Counted from the whole stretch's first letter, positions 1 through 15,120 are shown. The stretch: 63,853 nucleotides of DNA, filler included, from Octopus bimaculoides (GCF_001194135.2; 8 parts of 8 records of this genome joined end to end with filler, not necessarily neighbours in it), one strand, 5' to 3'. Numbers and translations: made by a program. Notes: generated from the letters alone by a model not told the origin.

Positions 1-1331
<1,331 letters not shown>

Positions 1332-2363
1332 AGAAATGAAAGAAAAGGAAGGTGACCTGGCATATGTCATTTATAACAATAACAAAAACAATCAAAAGCC
1401 AGCAAAGAAAAGCTAATGCAATACAAGATCTCATTAAACAGACGACGTATAATAGCAGACGACACGTCCAAACGACACCTTTCATAAAACAACTGAAGTC
1501 ATACATATAAATATATATGCTTCTTGAGTGAAATTTTGGAAGAAAACTTTTTACACATTGTCTAAGTGACTTTCTCTTAAGAATTCCATAATTAAAATAT
1601 TCACAATTTTTCGTGAAAATTAATTAAACATAATGAAATAATTAATAAATTATTCACACTGTATTGCTGATGTGACAGACGACAGTGATGATACGTGGAT
1701 TCTTACAACAAAACGAAAAGGAAGAAAAAAGTTGGTTCCATATTTTAAATAAGAAAAAAAAAGAAACAAAAAAATAATGATAATGATTTCTTTCGAATGA
1801 TGATGATGATGATGAAGTTGTTTATACGTGACGTGTGATGGCTGCGATGTATTTTGCTTGTCCCCATTCGTGCGACGCTTGGAATTGAAACCGCGTATGG
1901 AGGTGAACCGAGGTGAATTATTATCACCGTTGGTCGAGACTTGACTTGTACAAAGGATTTCGAGCAATACGACAAGCGTATAAATTTACGAGTTAAAAAT
2001 ATTTGGCGAGAGAGAATCCTCCATTTTAAACACGTTTACCGTTTAGCCTTGCCATAAGTTATGGGTAATGTTTAGCGGTTAGTTCAACCAAAGCGGCGAG
2101 AACTAAACGAAGAAAACTATGTTAAGTACAGCTGAGAAATTAAAATGCCAGATGAGAGACCAACAGAATGCATGCTGTGGGTGCAACCGTAATCATGCAT
2201 ATATATAAATATATATATAAGTGTATATATTGTATATATGTATACATATATGTATATATATATNNNNNNNNNNNNNNNNNNNNNNNNNNNNNNNNNNNNN
2301 NNNNNNNNNNNNNNNNNNNNNNNNNNNNNNNNNNNNNNNNNNNATATATAGATAGATAGATAG

Positions 2364-2401
<38 letters not shown>

Positions 2402-3071
2402 ATGCATGTAAGTATGTATGTATGTATGTGTGTGTGTGTGTGTGTATGTGTACGTAGCAAGGGCAAATAATTCTGTCAGTAATATCCATTAAAACGTTTT
2501 ATAAATGCTAATTTTCTGTCCCAAGTTGTACCTGTAACTATATAATTTATTATCAAAACTCTTACACGTTTAAGTATAGCACAAATGTATATAATATATT
2601 CATAAGAAATCACCCTATCTGTTTTTCTAATTACATACTTACATTTTGAGGCGTATGCTTATATATATTTCTGCATATATACATATATATAAACATATAT
2701 ACGATAATGAATATGTACACTGACATGCTCACATACACACAAATGCACACACACACACACACACGCACGCACACACACACACACATAAACACACACACAC
2801 ACATACATACTCACACATACTCACACACAAAATATTCGGCATAAATGTATTGCATGGCATTAATTTCTAACCCAAAGCAATCTTTACAGCAAGATTACGA
2901 TTGTTTACATACGCAAAAATAGCTATATGTGCGTGTGTATGTGTATGTTTACTATACACACACACCTACACATATATTTATGTATGTATTTATTTGCATA
3001 TATGTATGCAGTATACACATACATGTGTATTTACGTCCTTGTGTGTTTTTGTTTTTATTTTTGCATTTACA

Positions 3072-3105
<34 letters not shown>

Positions 3106-3269
3106 NNNNNNNNNNNNNNNNNNNNNNNNNNNTATATATACTTATGAGAAGTGGCAATTTAAAAGAGCGTAAGATGAAATAAATAACTCCCATGAGAATA
3201 TGTGGCTTGCTCATCTAAACTGCTTGATTTCTATAACAATTGGCTAAAACGGGTATACAGTAAGCGTAT

Positions 3270-3440
3270 GGAAGGTCGGTGCAGGCGACGCTGTGCGCCA
3301 TGATAAGATGAACAGATATGAAAAATGGCCGCCGCTGTCCGGGGATTCTAAACAGCGGAGGATTTACTGAAAACGAATTAAGTATTAATTTTATCTGAAT
3401 CAGGTATCCCGCGAGATGGCGCTTTTATCGCCGTTGTTTC
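3270..3440. promoter_or_regulatory. Small CpG/GC-rich island with YY1-like motifs (candidate regulatory element)
   Basis: AAAATGGCCGCC at 3322-3333, GAGATGGCGC at 3413-3422, CCGCTGT/ACAGCGG stem at 3332-3338/3352-3358, in an otherwise AT-rich context. Function not shown. Confidence 0.3.
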
Positions 3441-3656
3441 TTCTTCTTAACTCTACTAATTTTAGTTTTATTTATTTGTTTTGTTTTTTTGGTTTTTTTA
3501 TCCTTTATGTGTTTGTTTGTTGTTATTTTTTTATTTTGTTGAATGTTTTTATTCTTTGCTTTTGTAGTTGTTGTTTAATTTTGAAAGTTTGTTTCTTGTT
3601 TTGGTATTTGTATGTTTGTGGTTTGTTTTGATAGTTTCTGAAACTAATTTCCTCTT

Positions 3657-3905
3657 CGTTGTTGTTGCTGTTGTTGTTGATAGTGTTGTTCTTGTTGTTA
3701 TTATTATTATTGTTGTTGTTGTTGTTGTTGTTGTTGTTTCTTACTATTATTATTATTATTATTATTATTGTTGCTGTTGTTGTTGTTGTTACATATTATT
3801 ATCATCATCATCATCAACACCATCAGTATTATTATTATTATTATGGTTGTTGTTGTTTCTTCTTCTTATCATCATCATCATCATCATCATTATCATTATC
3901 ATTAT
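3657..3905. repeat. Compound trinucleotide microsatellite (GTT/ATT/CAT/CTT)
   Basis: Directly visible; explains the poly-V/I/Y/C/S ORFs in the track. Confidence 0.95.
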
Positions 3906-4019
3906 TAGTTTTAAGGCGGTGAGTTGGCAGAATCGCCATATTATATCCTATATCTTTTCAAATGCGGAGGTTCCGTTCAATCAAATAATCCTAGGAATGC
4001 CAAAGACAAATCCGAAAAG

Positions 4020-4350
4020 CAAGGAACAGGTTAGTGATCTGTGTCAGTTAAATCTAAATGTTAAATGTTTATAAATAAGAAAGATAAATAGATTAACGTC
4101 AGTTGAGTTACAACGAAACTGAAACATGACGTTTCGGACGTAGGTTCGTTTTCAAAGTCTTCGAATAAGAAACTTAATATTAGGATAATTAAGGCCCACA
4201 GCATCAATGAGGGCCGCAAAAGGTATGAATGTATCTCGAAAAAGTAAATAACTGATAGACAGATCAAAAGATTATTCAAGCAATTGATTAGGTAATTGAG
4301 AGACAGTTTAATTGGTTGGTGATAATTGCTATTAATTTAGTTTCAAGGCC
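4020..4350 (-). mobile_element. Degenerate Penelope-like terminal repeat with decayed hammerhead motif
   Basis: Minus strand ~4127-4160 reads TTTGAAAACGAACCTACGTCCGAAACGTCA, a decayed CTGANGA-stem-GAAACGTC motif of the kind found in PLE pseudo-LTRs. Confidence 0.4.
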
Positions 4351-4584
4351 ACTAGGTAATAAATAGTATTAATAATGATGTGAAATACAATCGGTGAATT
4401 TGTTTTTATTGGCAAAAAGAAACCTCCTCAGATAAAACTTGTATGTGTATGTATGCATATATATAAATGTGTGTGTGTACATGAATGCATATGTAGTTTT
4501 CGTTTTGAATTCGTGATAAATAACAACAAATATTTATTGAGGCAAACAGTTAAGAAATGGTTGTAAATTTAGATATTGTGTGTG

Positions 4585-4618
<34 letters not shown>

Positions 4619-5026
4619 TCTTTACAGCATGTATGCATAAACATGCATACACATAAGCGAGATATTGTTTAGCTGTTTAGATGAATATGTAAATTCGAAA
4701 GAAATATACAAATCAACAAATGAAAATTACAAAAAAAAAATTCACAAAAAAAACAAAACGTACAACAATAAAGACATATGAACAAAATAAATCATCCACT
4801 ATATGACGTATTTCACCAAAAATTTTCCAAATAAAAAGAAATTCTTTCCTCTCTGGTAAAAGTTTTTTTCCTCATCGTTCCTAATACGATCTCCTTCACT
4901 CATGCTATCATTCATTGTACCACGATCAACTTATCTCTGTCTCCATAACCGTGGTTAAGAAGCTTCCCTCAGATAAATCTATATAACTGCCACTATGTTA
5001 GGAGTGAAGAGAAAAACCAATGATAG

Positions 5027-5092
5027 AGTCGCCATTTTGAAGAAGGTTTGGCGCCTTTTCTTTGTGGCTGTAGTTTTTCTAAAATGGCGACT
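5027..5092. repeat. 12-bp perfect inverted repeat of a YY1-like motif (AGTCGCCATTTT / AAAATGGCGACT)
   Basis: Arms at 5027-5038 and 5081-5092; stem extendable inward with G:U pairs. Confidence 0.8.
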
Positions 5093-5409
5093 GTCTCGGA
5101 CATAAGGTTTCGTTATCGTCTATTATTGTAAATATAAATGATTATAGGTCTGTGTGTATGTGTGTTTGCGTCTATGTGTGTGTGTGTTTGCATGCGTAAA
5201 TTTGCGATAAATCTGTATGCGAATAGAGAGGGATTGCGTAAGAATTTCGGTTTTCTGTCTGAATGTGAATGTGATTAAAATTGCATGTGTGAATATGTTT
5301 AGTGTGCGCGAATATTCGTGGATAATTGTTTGTATGTATGCCTATTGTGCGCATGCGTATGTGTGTGATAGTGTCAGTATGTATAACTATATACTATGTA
5401 TATATATAG

Positions 5410-5456
<47 letters not shown>

Positions 5457-5964
5457 ATGTAGATAGATAGATAGATATACTTATATACATGTATATATAT
5501 ATATAGGGTTGAGTGTGTGTGAGTATAAGTATGCATAAATGCATATATACATACATACACACAGAAATATAGAAATATATACACAATATACACGTTCACA
5601 CGTACGCAATATGCCTACATTTTCATTTGCTCCGTTTCTTGCTGGGCTTTTCATATGCCTGCACCACACATTCACTCTTATCCATTTATCAATGTACATA
5701 CATATATATATACATATATATATATATACATATATATATATCGCATTTCTCTGTGATGTAGACTCCTTTTCCTTCCTCTATTTGTCTGTCCGATTATATA
5801 ATTCAATAAGTCTTTTAATCTTCTTTTGTATAAATATTTTCATAACAGCTAAAAGTCAAATCGACTTCATACAAGCAGATTGCGTTTCCTTTTTTAGACA
5901 CTAACAGACACACAAACACATACATATGTTTATACACATACATACACACATACACACACACACA

Positions 5965-6009
<45 letters not shown>

Positions 6010-6444
6010 ACAAACATACACACACACACATATACGTGTATATGCTTCCTCTTCCCTTTTCATCAATTACGTGTATATTCACACTGGCATATGTGTGCAT
6101 ATATGCGTGTGTATGTATGTATCTCTGTGTTCATGTGTGTCTGTATATATATATATATGTGCGTGCGTGTGTGTGTTTGTACGCATGTGTCTGTGGGTTG
6201 TTTATCTACGCTAACATACTGAGATGGTGTTTATGCGACCTGATGTTGATCCAATTAGGGCGCTGCTCCGTCATACTTTGGAAAGTTTTCCACTGTCAAC
6301 CGCGTCCCTAAAGCCTCGCATATATCCTAGCTTCTCCTCAAGGAGAGACCGTTCATACAAAGCGGAATTTCAGCTCAATACAAACGAACATGTACCACAA
6401 AGCATCGACTTAGCAACCGCTCCCGATTTGAAAAGCATTGTTGG

Positions 6445-6540
6445 CCCTCAGCGTGATTTGAACTTAGCGAGTACAGACACACAGAAGAACTAACGCTGAG
6501 AAATCTACCTGAGGCTCTAACGATTCTGCTGTTTCACTTG
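6445..6540 (-). mobile_element. SINE family A, degenerate 5' head
   Basis: GATTTGAACTT (B box reverse complement) and CTAACGATTCTGC match the heads of other family A copies in the window. Confidence 0.5.
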
Positions 6541-6661
6541 TATGAACTGGAACTTAAATTATCAACTCCAGATAAAGATATTAAAAAAGAATGCTGTAAA
6601 TATTGGTCAGGGTGAGATTTGAACTTAGAACAGAGCGAGCAGGAAGAAGTGCTGCAATGGA

Positions 6662-6925
6662 TCTATGGAACAGCTGATTCGATCAACGGAACAGCTTGCT
6701 CGTCAAATTTAGGTGCAAGTGGCTGAGCATTCCACAGACACGTGTACCCTTCACGTAGTTTTCAGGGAGATTTAGCGTGACACAGAGAGTGACAAGGCCA
6801 GTCCTTTAAAATACAGGTATAACTCATTTTTACCAGCTGAGTGAACTAGAGCAACGTGAAATAAAGTGTCTTGCTCAAGGACACAACGCGTCGCCGGGAA
6901 TCGAACTCACGACCCTACGATCGTC
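6662..6925 (-). mobile_element. tRNA-derived SINE family C
   Basis: Minus strand has B box GAGTTCGATTCCC, then GTGTCCTTGAGCAAGACACTT, then a tail shared with 24186-24484 and 49091-49270. Confidence 0.85.
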
Positions 6926-7140
6926 TTCACGGAATGGATCACATTGTCTGTCTTAAGAATTTTGCAATTCATTTGCTGTGAGCGAGAAGTTGAATTTGCT
7001 TCTCGGAAAAGTATAAGTGAATAAAGATGCTCATATCGGCGAAATTTCAAATAACGTAGAGTGGCCGGACATATACGAGAAAGCTCTTTGCCCAACAAGT
7101 TTAATATTACGCATGACCCAACTCATCGATTAATAGTACC

Positions 7141-7354
7141 GGTTTCAAATCTTGTCCAAAGTCCAGCAACTTCAAAGGAGAGGTTAAGTCTATTTATCGA
7201 CCCTACTGCCCAATAAGTACTTATTTTATCGACCTCCGAGCGAATAAAAGGCAAATTCGACCCCGACTCCGTTTGAACTCAGGACCTAAAGATGGACGAA
7301 ATATGTCGAGGCATTTTACCCGGCCTGCTAACCATTCTGCCAGCTCATCGCCTT
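7141..7354 (-). mobile_element. tRNA-derived SINE family A (Meta/MESC-like central domain, tentative)
   Basis: Homologous along its length to 62220-62637: head GGCGRYGAGCTGGCAGAA, GAGTTCAAA B box, TTTGCCTTT...GGTCGATAAAATAAGTAC core. Confidence 0.85.
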
Positions 7355-7567
7355 CCGCTGATTAATAATATAAGTAATAGACTAATATTACTACGGGGCT
7401 TTGTAGGAACGGAGAAAAACCATTCAGTGCGGTGCCCTCATCATGGCTGAAGTATATAAAGAGAGATACGTTCTTCGAAAACGGTGTCGCTGGACGAGTT
7501 CTATGTTCAGGGTTAAGCAACAGCAACAACGACATCGGCATACGGAAACACACACATACAAAAAATA

Positions 7568-7910
7568 TTACATACATACATACATACATATACATACATA
7601 CATACGTACGTACGTACATACATACGTACGTACGTACATACATACATACATACATACATACATAAATACATACATACATACGCTTGTATGAATACATGCA
7701 CACACACACTCACCCATATACATACACACAACACATAACACACAACACACACACACTCATTCATAGATATACATATATAAGACGGGATTCTTTCAGTTTC
7801 CATTTATCAAATCGACTTACAGACTTTAGTCGAGCTAAGGCAGTAGTAGCAGGGGCTTAGGCCAAGGTGCTAAGCAGTGGGATTGAACCCGGAACCATGT
7901 AACTGGCGCC
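7568..7910 (-). mobile_element. SINE family B 5' half (7781-7910) with adjoining (TACA/TACG)n tract
   Basis: TTTCAGTTTCC...GCCAAGGTGC...GTGGGATTGAACCCGGAACCATG is the reverse complement of the 58349-58510 head. Confidence 0.75.
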
Positions 7911-8066
7911 CGATTTTTTACCCGAATCAAACGTATACATAGGTTGTAAAAATATATGTATGTATATATANNNNNNNNNNATATATATATATATATATAT
8001 ATATGCATCTAACTGTTTATATATAATTAAACATTTGTGCATAAACTTACAAAAAGATGAAGCACT

Positions 8067-8104
<38 letters not shown>

Positions 8105-8660
8105 GTATATATATACACATACATACATATATGTTTATATGTACATACACATACATAATACATACATACATACATACATGAGCGTACATAAACACACTCA
8201 CGAATCTGAGCTTCTATACATACTTACATACTTACACGTCACCTAAAACGAAAGCCTCCAAGATACACACAAGGCTATTTTACTGCACCTGTTGCTTGCC
8301 TGTAGACACCTCATTATCGCTACGCTTATATATTTATGTGATATTATTTTATCTTTACATTTCTTTCCTTCATTCTGCATATCTAGTGCACATACATTGC
8401 ACATCTGCTCTTGTTTCCAAACTCAGTCTTCAGTCAACTGCATTTAGTCTTGTAATTAATTGAACGTATGTCGAATTGTGACGTAACACCATTACATGGT
8501 TATTTCTCATAAGCCTATCTACATACATCGTTATGTCATTTCACAGACGTTTGCTGACGGAACATGCTAACGTTTTAGATTCGGCTATCAAGTGAAAGTC
8601 TGTGTGTCTATGCATATATGAGCGTATTACATACGTACGTGTATATATATATATATATAT

Positions 8661-8760
8661 NNNNNNNNNNNNNNNNNNNNNNNNNNNNNNNNNNNNNNNN
8701 NNNNTTAATTAATTAANNNNNNNNNNNNNNNNNNNNNNNNNNNNNNNNNNNNNNNNNNNN
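8661..8760. other. Assembly placeholder gap: 44 N + TTAATTAATTAA + 44 N
   Basis: Same 12-mer inside N runs at 8705, 23954, 32640, 43073, 55668, 59316 and 62682. It puts stop codons in all six frames, as expected of an artificial linker. Confidence 0.97.
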
Positions 8761-8801
<41 letters not shown>

Positions 8802-10394
8802 CTGGTCATGGCATTCAACAAGGTAGATGACGTAAAAATATATATTAGGGATTGTGGTAATGCAATATACAAGCAAACGTGTTGGTCACGACTGGAATGT
8901 CTTGTATGTACAAACCCGTGACATAATGTTTATATATATGCCCATACACATGTCCATACATGTATAAACTAGCAGAAAATGTCTTTTTCTCTTAATAAAA
9001 GCAATTAGTAAATACCGTAGATTTCTCAGTAAACTACCATAGTTTTATGTGGAAATTCTTATAGTAGATATAGTGGATTTCGATCATTCTTACTGTAGCA
9101 TGTTTAAGTTTCCTCACAGCGCATTTTAGAATATAATGTATCTCATATGAAGGATACATTGAAGATACGCTGTATCAGTGGTAAAGTAATGAGTGGAATG
9201 CCTATAGTGGTATCTCTGTTGAATTAATACTAAGTTGGTTCTAAACAACAACAAATTGTTAAGCGAAAATGTTTGGTTGTGTTCCTTGAAGCAATGCCCA
9301 GCTGATAGCATTACTTTTTTAATTGCAGTAGCAAATATATCCTTCTCTGGTAATTAAATACAGCAAATTGATATACGGAAACTGACAAAATTTACTAGGT
9401 GGAAGAGTATATCAAAATCCCTTTCTTTAGAAAGGAGTGTATAATTTTCTAAAGTAGAACTATCCCCTACTCACAGAGAGATTTTAAGGAGGTTATTGTG
9501 ACTTACAATAACATAAAACTATAGTATCCATCGATATCATAATTTTAAGTGTATGATGACAGATATCACTGACGCTTGTTACCATCAATGTTTTGTTTAT
9601 ATTTCAGTCAATATTTTCATTAAGCAATTACTATATTTAACGAATTATATACTAATAGTTAAAGAATAATATATTTGAAGGCAAACTGTGCTCAACATAG
9701 TATATAATTTTGATCAAAGACATCATTAAAAATAATTAGCATAAATTTTTCTGAATGATTGCACATAAAATTATTCACAGTAATGATTGTCAATAAAACG
9801 CAAGTCTTTTTGGCTATTTTTGGACGGTATTTGCACACTAATACAGATATCTATCTTCATTGAAACTAGTTGTAAATGCAGAAAAGTCACGTTAAGGATA
9901 CTGTAGTCGATTTTGAATGCACTGTAATTCCCTTAACAAGATGGCTTAAATTATACAGCAGACTACCTGCTATTTTGTTGTGATTCTATTGACAACCCAT
10001 TTCCAGAAAAATCAAATAAAATTACACAAAATATTTTCTATGTAGTGCTTGGATGCAGCAGAGCAATTTTTATAGGAAGTAGATAGTATTCTTTTCAATA
10101 GGCGCGTTGTGCCAATGTAGTGGAAGACAAACGCTATAATTGGACACATGTCATGATCATGTGAGGCTTCAAAATGATTATATCTTAGGGTAACATGATT
10201 GTAAAATAACAGGTAGTTTGTTTCAATAAGTAAAGTCAGGTGCTACCCAGGAATTCAAAATGCCTAAAGATCTGTTACTCTTTTTCATCGAAGTGTGGCT
10301 TGACGTAAGAAGACGGTAGAAGCTCATAGGTGAATGAGTTAATATAATGTAGAATAAGCTACTTTGTCATATAGTGTTATACGCTTTATTACAT

Positions 10395-10520
10395 GTATGT
10401 ATATATATGTGCGCATGTATGTATGCATGTATGTACGTGTGTGTGCGTGTGTGTGTGTGTGTTTGTGTTTGTGTGTGTGTATGTTTGTGCGTGTGTGTGT
10501 GTATGTTTGTGTGTGTGTAT

Positions 10521-10572
<52 letters not shown>

Positions 10573-10705
10573 GTTAACTTTTGTGATGACAGTTTCAATG
10601 CTCAACTATCAAATTGCAAGTTATAGAGATATTTTAAAAGGTTAAATATAAACTCATATATGTGTATGTATGTATGTATGTATGTATGTATGTATGTATG
10701 TATGT
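10395..10705. repeat. (GT)n and (TATG)n microsatellites
   Basis: Directly visible. Confidence 0.95.
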
Positions 10706-13700
10706 TACATGTGCGTTTGTCCTGATTGGTTGTCATGAGTTTATTTCTTGAAATCTTTGACGCCTGCTTGGTGGCAAGTTTGCAGGGCTTGTTCTTTCCG
10801 TCATTGTTCAGTCATTCACCTTTTAAATTTCAAGAAGACCTTGAACATTTTTGTACTTCACATTTCATGAGCATCTGTAGCGCATTTAGTTATGGTGCTA
10901 CGTTATTTCTTAGAACTCAATAGTCAACCATACCATGACCTAAGCAAGTTGCTACACATGCAGCTGTTCAAATGATATTTAGCATAAAGCTGTTAAGTCT
11001 ATGTTGGTTACTGTACTAGCAGACTCATGGTGTTCTTTCTAAAGACTGTTATCTCTGCTATAGAAGATGAAGATTTTTTAACTATATCTCGCTATAAGAA
11101 CTGGGCCTACGCTTATCTGTCATTTTTAGGACTGTTCTAAAAACAGTGTTAATAATTTCATAGAATTTTTATCAAACACGTTTGTCATAGCTCTGTTTAA
11201 AATTTCCCATTCAGCGAAAGTATTTGTTAAACTTAACACTTCCTCCTCGCATAGACCTCCAGTACATTTAAACTTGTTTTGGTGGGACGTATTTTATATT
11301 GAGTATTGCACATTAGCTTGTCCCTTCAGGAATTTTTACCTACGTCTAGTGCTGGTAGTTTTGATATTCTTCAGACGTTTCCTTCTTTGCATTCTTTTCA
11401 AAACCAAAACATTTGGTCACAGATTGTACAAATATCTCATATAACTGTTTGTAAAGTTCGTAATTCCATTGTATAATGCGGTAATAGTCTCGACTGGGAC
11501 GAAAGAGACTAATAATTTTAATCATGACGATTTCGTCTATTTACTACTAATGTATATTTAATTTTAAATAGTTAATGACGCTCTTTAAATGTACCGATAA
11601 ATTTTAATCGTGATTGAATTTAAAGTTATTCACAACTTGAGATTTCTTTTGTTTAAAATTATTTGGATTCTACACTTCTATCAGAGAGTATATAATTAGT
11701 TACTTTACAACATATTGAAGGTGTCTCTGAATTACTTTTTGGGGTATTTGTTCATAGATGTACGTTACAATAGATGTAATATTTAATGTTGTGTAGAAAA
11801 ATTTGTTTGCTATCTTAAACAGTAGCTAAACTTTTCCACAGTATTGTATGCTGCCTTCAGATAAACAGTAATTACATAGGTCCGAATATCGCATTGGCCA
11901 TTACGGTTACCGTGCTTAAATGCATACATGAATGAATCTCTCTCTCTATATATACAGATATATATTTACACATTTATGCGTGCAAGTATGAGAACATTAG
12001 TGCATATGAGTCATCATGTATGCGTACGTGCAATCATTTTTAGATTTGGACGTAAAATTTAGCTTGCTTTGTTCTTTCTTTTGAAAACCCTTGCATTTCT
12101 AAATAATAATGTAATTTGTTGAAGCACACCTTAGTTCACCTGTGATTTTAAGTAGAAGAAAAAAGAATATATATATAGGATACAGTATATGTATGTATGT
12201 ACGTACGTATGTATGTATGTATGTACGTACGTATGTATGTATGTACGTACGTATGTATGTATGTTTATTTTTGTGCGTTTGTATACATATAGAAATTTAT
12301 TATGTATTTATGTATCTATGAGGAAATTGTTTCAAAATGGACAGGTTATCCGGGCAAATCAATGTTACAAATAGTGAAACCAGAAAATTTTAATACGTAC
12401 TTAAAATTAAGCTGAAAACAGCATTTCTATGAGTTTATAAACAATGTAAAAGCTTTTTTTGAGTTGTTATGAATGTTTTTATCTCGCAGTAGAAAGTATA
12501 TTGCATCATAAAAGCTTATTTTCCAGCCGTAGGCTGCATAAGAGAACTGAAAAGAATTAGGATGATGGGTGATAAATAAAATCAACCGATATATAAGACG
12601 AAAGATAAGTTTTTTAAATATTTTCCAGACAGGTAGTTAACTTTCTTAACAAGAGTAAGAGAGGTACACGGTGTCAGCAGGGAACATTCATAAAATGATT
12701 CTATGTAGGTTCTAATTTCCATATAACAATAATTATTCTATTGCAAATCAGGAACCAAATTTTAAATGAAGGTGATAAAATTTTGAGATGTTTTAAATCC
12801 TTGCTGTTATCATTCTTGAGTCTAAATGTTATTATTGTTAATGTGTTCTGTTACTTGAATTAGCAAAGAGCTATGCTAATCACTATAGCATTTGTTTTAT
12901 TAAGCAAAATCGTACTCTTAGATCCCTTTGGAAATGTGCATAAAATGTTAGTGTAGTGTATGTAAAGAAAAAACTTTTTAGAGTAGAATTACTAGCTTAA
13001 TTTAGATGTTGATTTCTTGTACCTTTAGAAAAATATAAATAAATTTGGTGTCTTAGAGCTACGTTAAAAGTTGTTGTACCACCCATGATATTGTTGTTTA
13101 AACTGAGGTTGAAATTGACTGAGCAAATCTATGCTTGAAGGCGTTATGGCCATGACTACCAAGTTTTATTTTCATACGTAATATATTTAGGTCTACATTA
13201 TTCTATGTATCCTCTCCGTTTTAAGATGAATAGGTTTGGATTACCAGTTATGTTTACAAAGTCGACTACATAGAGACTGTTGCCGGCTCGTAAAACCCGT
13301 CAGTTTTCAAATGTAAATGACGCAGAATAGCACAGCTGCATTCGTTAATTAAAACAAAGCAGTAGTTTGTTTTATATCGATCGAGGTTTGTTGCAGGAAG
13401 AATGACATCTGGCATTAACAAAAAAAATTCTGCAATCTTTATTTCATTTGACCGCTGGTGGTGTATCTTAATGGTTGGTCAACAGAGTAGTAACGATGAA
13501 CAGTAAACTCAGGTATGCAATGTAGGAATCGAAATATTTCGATATGGAATCGAAATAATGTCGCAGAATCGACTAACCAGAATTTTACCTCCTCTGCGGC
13601 GTTCATACAACAGCTACAATACCGGCATTTAAGCTATTACAATGTAATTTGTCTACTTCCATCATAAAAGATATTTACTTGTTCATATAAAATTACATCG

Positions 13701-15120
13701 ATTGTAAATTGATCCCAAATATTAGGCGTGTTTCAACACAGCTATCTTTCTACTTCTATATTCATGTCTATAGACACCTCTATACGTTATTTTTGATGCA
13801 AACGAGGTAATTTGTTATTATGCGCATATTCAACTTCTGTTAGGCTGCAATTAGTCGTGTATTATTTCCCCTGTTGATGTAAGATCTCTCCAACACAGCC
13901 AAATTTTCGTCTGTCGTAATGTAATGAACGCATCTTGAAACATCATTTTCTGCAGAAGCCTCGCTGTTTTAGACTAATTTTGTTTCTTTCTTAGTTTTTG
14001 TGTAGGGATATTTTGTTTCCCAGGAGCAACACTCGATAGTAAATAAATAAAAATAATGAGCAACGATGAAATTAAATATATAAATAAAAGAAATTATAAA
14101 AAGAAATAAAATGAATGAAACAAGACAGTAAATACTTAATTTCAGAAATATATTTTTTTTACTTATTTGTTTTGAAAGCATTTAGAAATAATAAAGTTTT
14201 CATTTATTTAAAAATGTAATTGTTTATAACAGCTAGCATTTAATGTTATATTTTTTTGTTGATTGAAGTTATAATGAAAAATACTCGTGGTGTGGTCGAT
14301 CAAAACTCACATTTGTAGTAGGAAACCATATTTTAGAATTTATAGTTAAATATTCTGCTATTTGGTGTAGGAGAAATGTAATGTTCATGCATCTCCCAAC
14401 GTAACGTACAGGAAATGGAATTGCTTCAAGGATCAAAATTGCATCAAGGTCTTAGTATACTGGAAACATAATTCTGGTTCTATGTTGCCCACTGCAAAAC
14501 TAAAAGATAACTAGAACTTGAATCCTACAATAATAAAGGCAGACAACTGGTTGATTTTTCGTGATAAGAGTTATAATAAACGGAAGGTAAATCCGATCTA
14601 TATTTTCTAAATTCCAGCGCCTTTTTTCCGAGAGTTAGTAGAAATAAAAGGAGGTAGTGGAATTATAAATTTCTCATTCTAAGACCACACTTAAAACAAG
14701 TGTTCAGGCAATGTAAAGGAACTGATATCTGAAGTATTAAGTAAGATTATGTCATACCGATTCCGTCAAACAAGCACGTAGGCCCCCATATCTTGTAATA
14801 AGGTTATCAATAAGTTGACTTGGTTTCAAATAGAAATTGAAACCACTTAGTTGGACGCTTACTTCTTCCTCCCTCTTTTCCCTCTATTATTTAATCCAGT
14901 GCATAATTCTTCAATTATCACATGCGATTGCTTTGAATTTCCGCCTCTAAGATCTCCAAAATAAGAATAATATTGATTTTATCGATTATAATTTTTAACC
15001 CACAAAAATAAAACAAGAAGAAATCTTTAAATCATTACATCAACTTAATTAATGAAGATCTAGAATAACTTTTCTCGACGGCCACAGTCTTGCTATTTGT
15101 TTATTGCCACAGTCTTGCTA

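Noticed and set aside
1650-1975. Two minus-strand ORFs over a CpG-rich patch
   Set aside because: No recognisable family; partly made of (CAT)n and A/T runs.
6224-6493. 89-aa non-repetitive ORF (MVFMRPDVDPIR...)
   Set aside because: No recognisable domain, its 3' end runs into a SINE A head, and splice signals are unconvincing.
8705-8716. TTAATTAATTAA recurring seven times, which could be taken for a conserved motif or spaced repeat
   Set aside because: Always centred in 100-bp N blocks; an artificial six-frame-stop scaffolding linker.
9120-9180. Candidate plus-strand exon (TTTCCTCACAG / RILEYNVSHMKDTLKIRCIS / GTAAAG)
   Set aside because: Plausible splice sites but no recognisable peptide or partner exon; such matches are expected by chance in 60 kb.
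14821-14845. 9-bp inverted repeat TGGTTTCAA/TTGAAACCA
   Set aside because: Short and AT-rich; compatible with chance.
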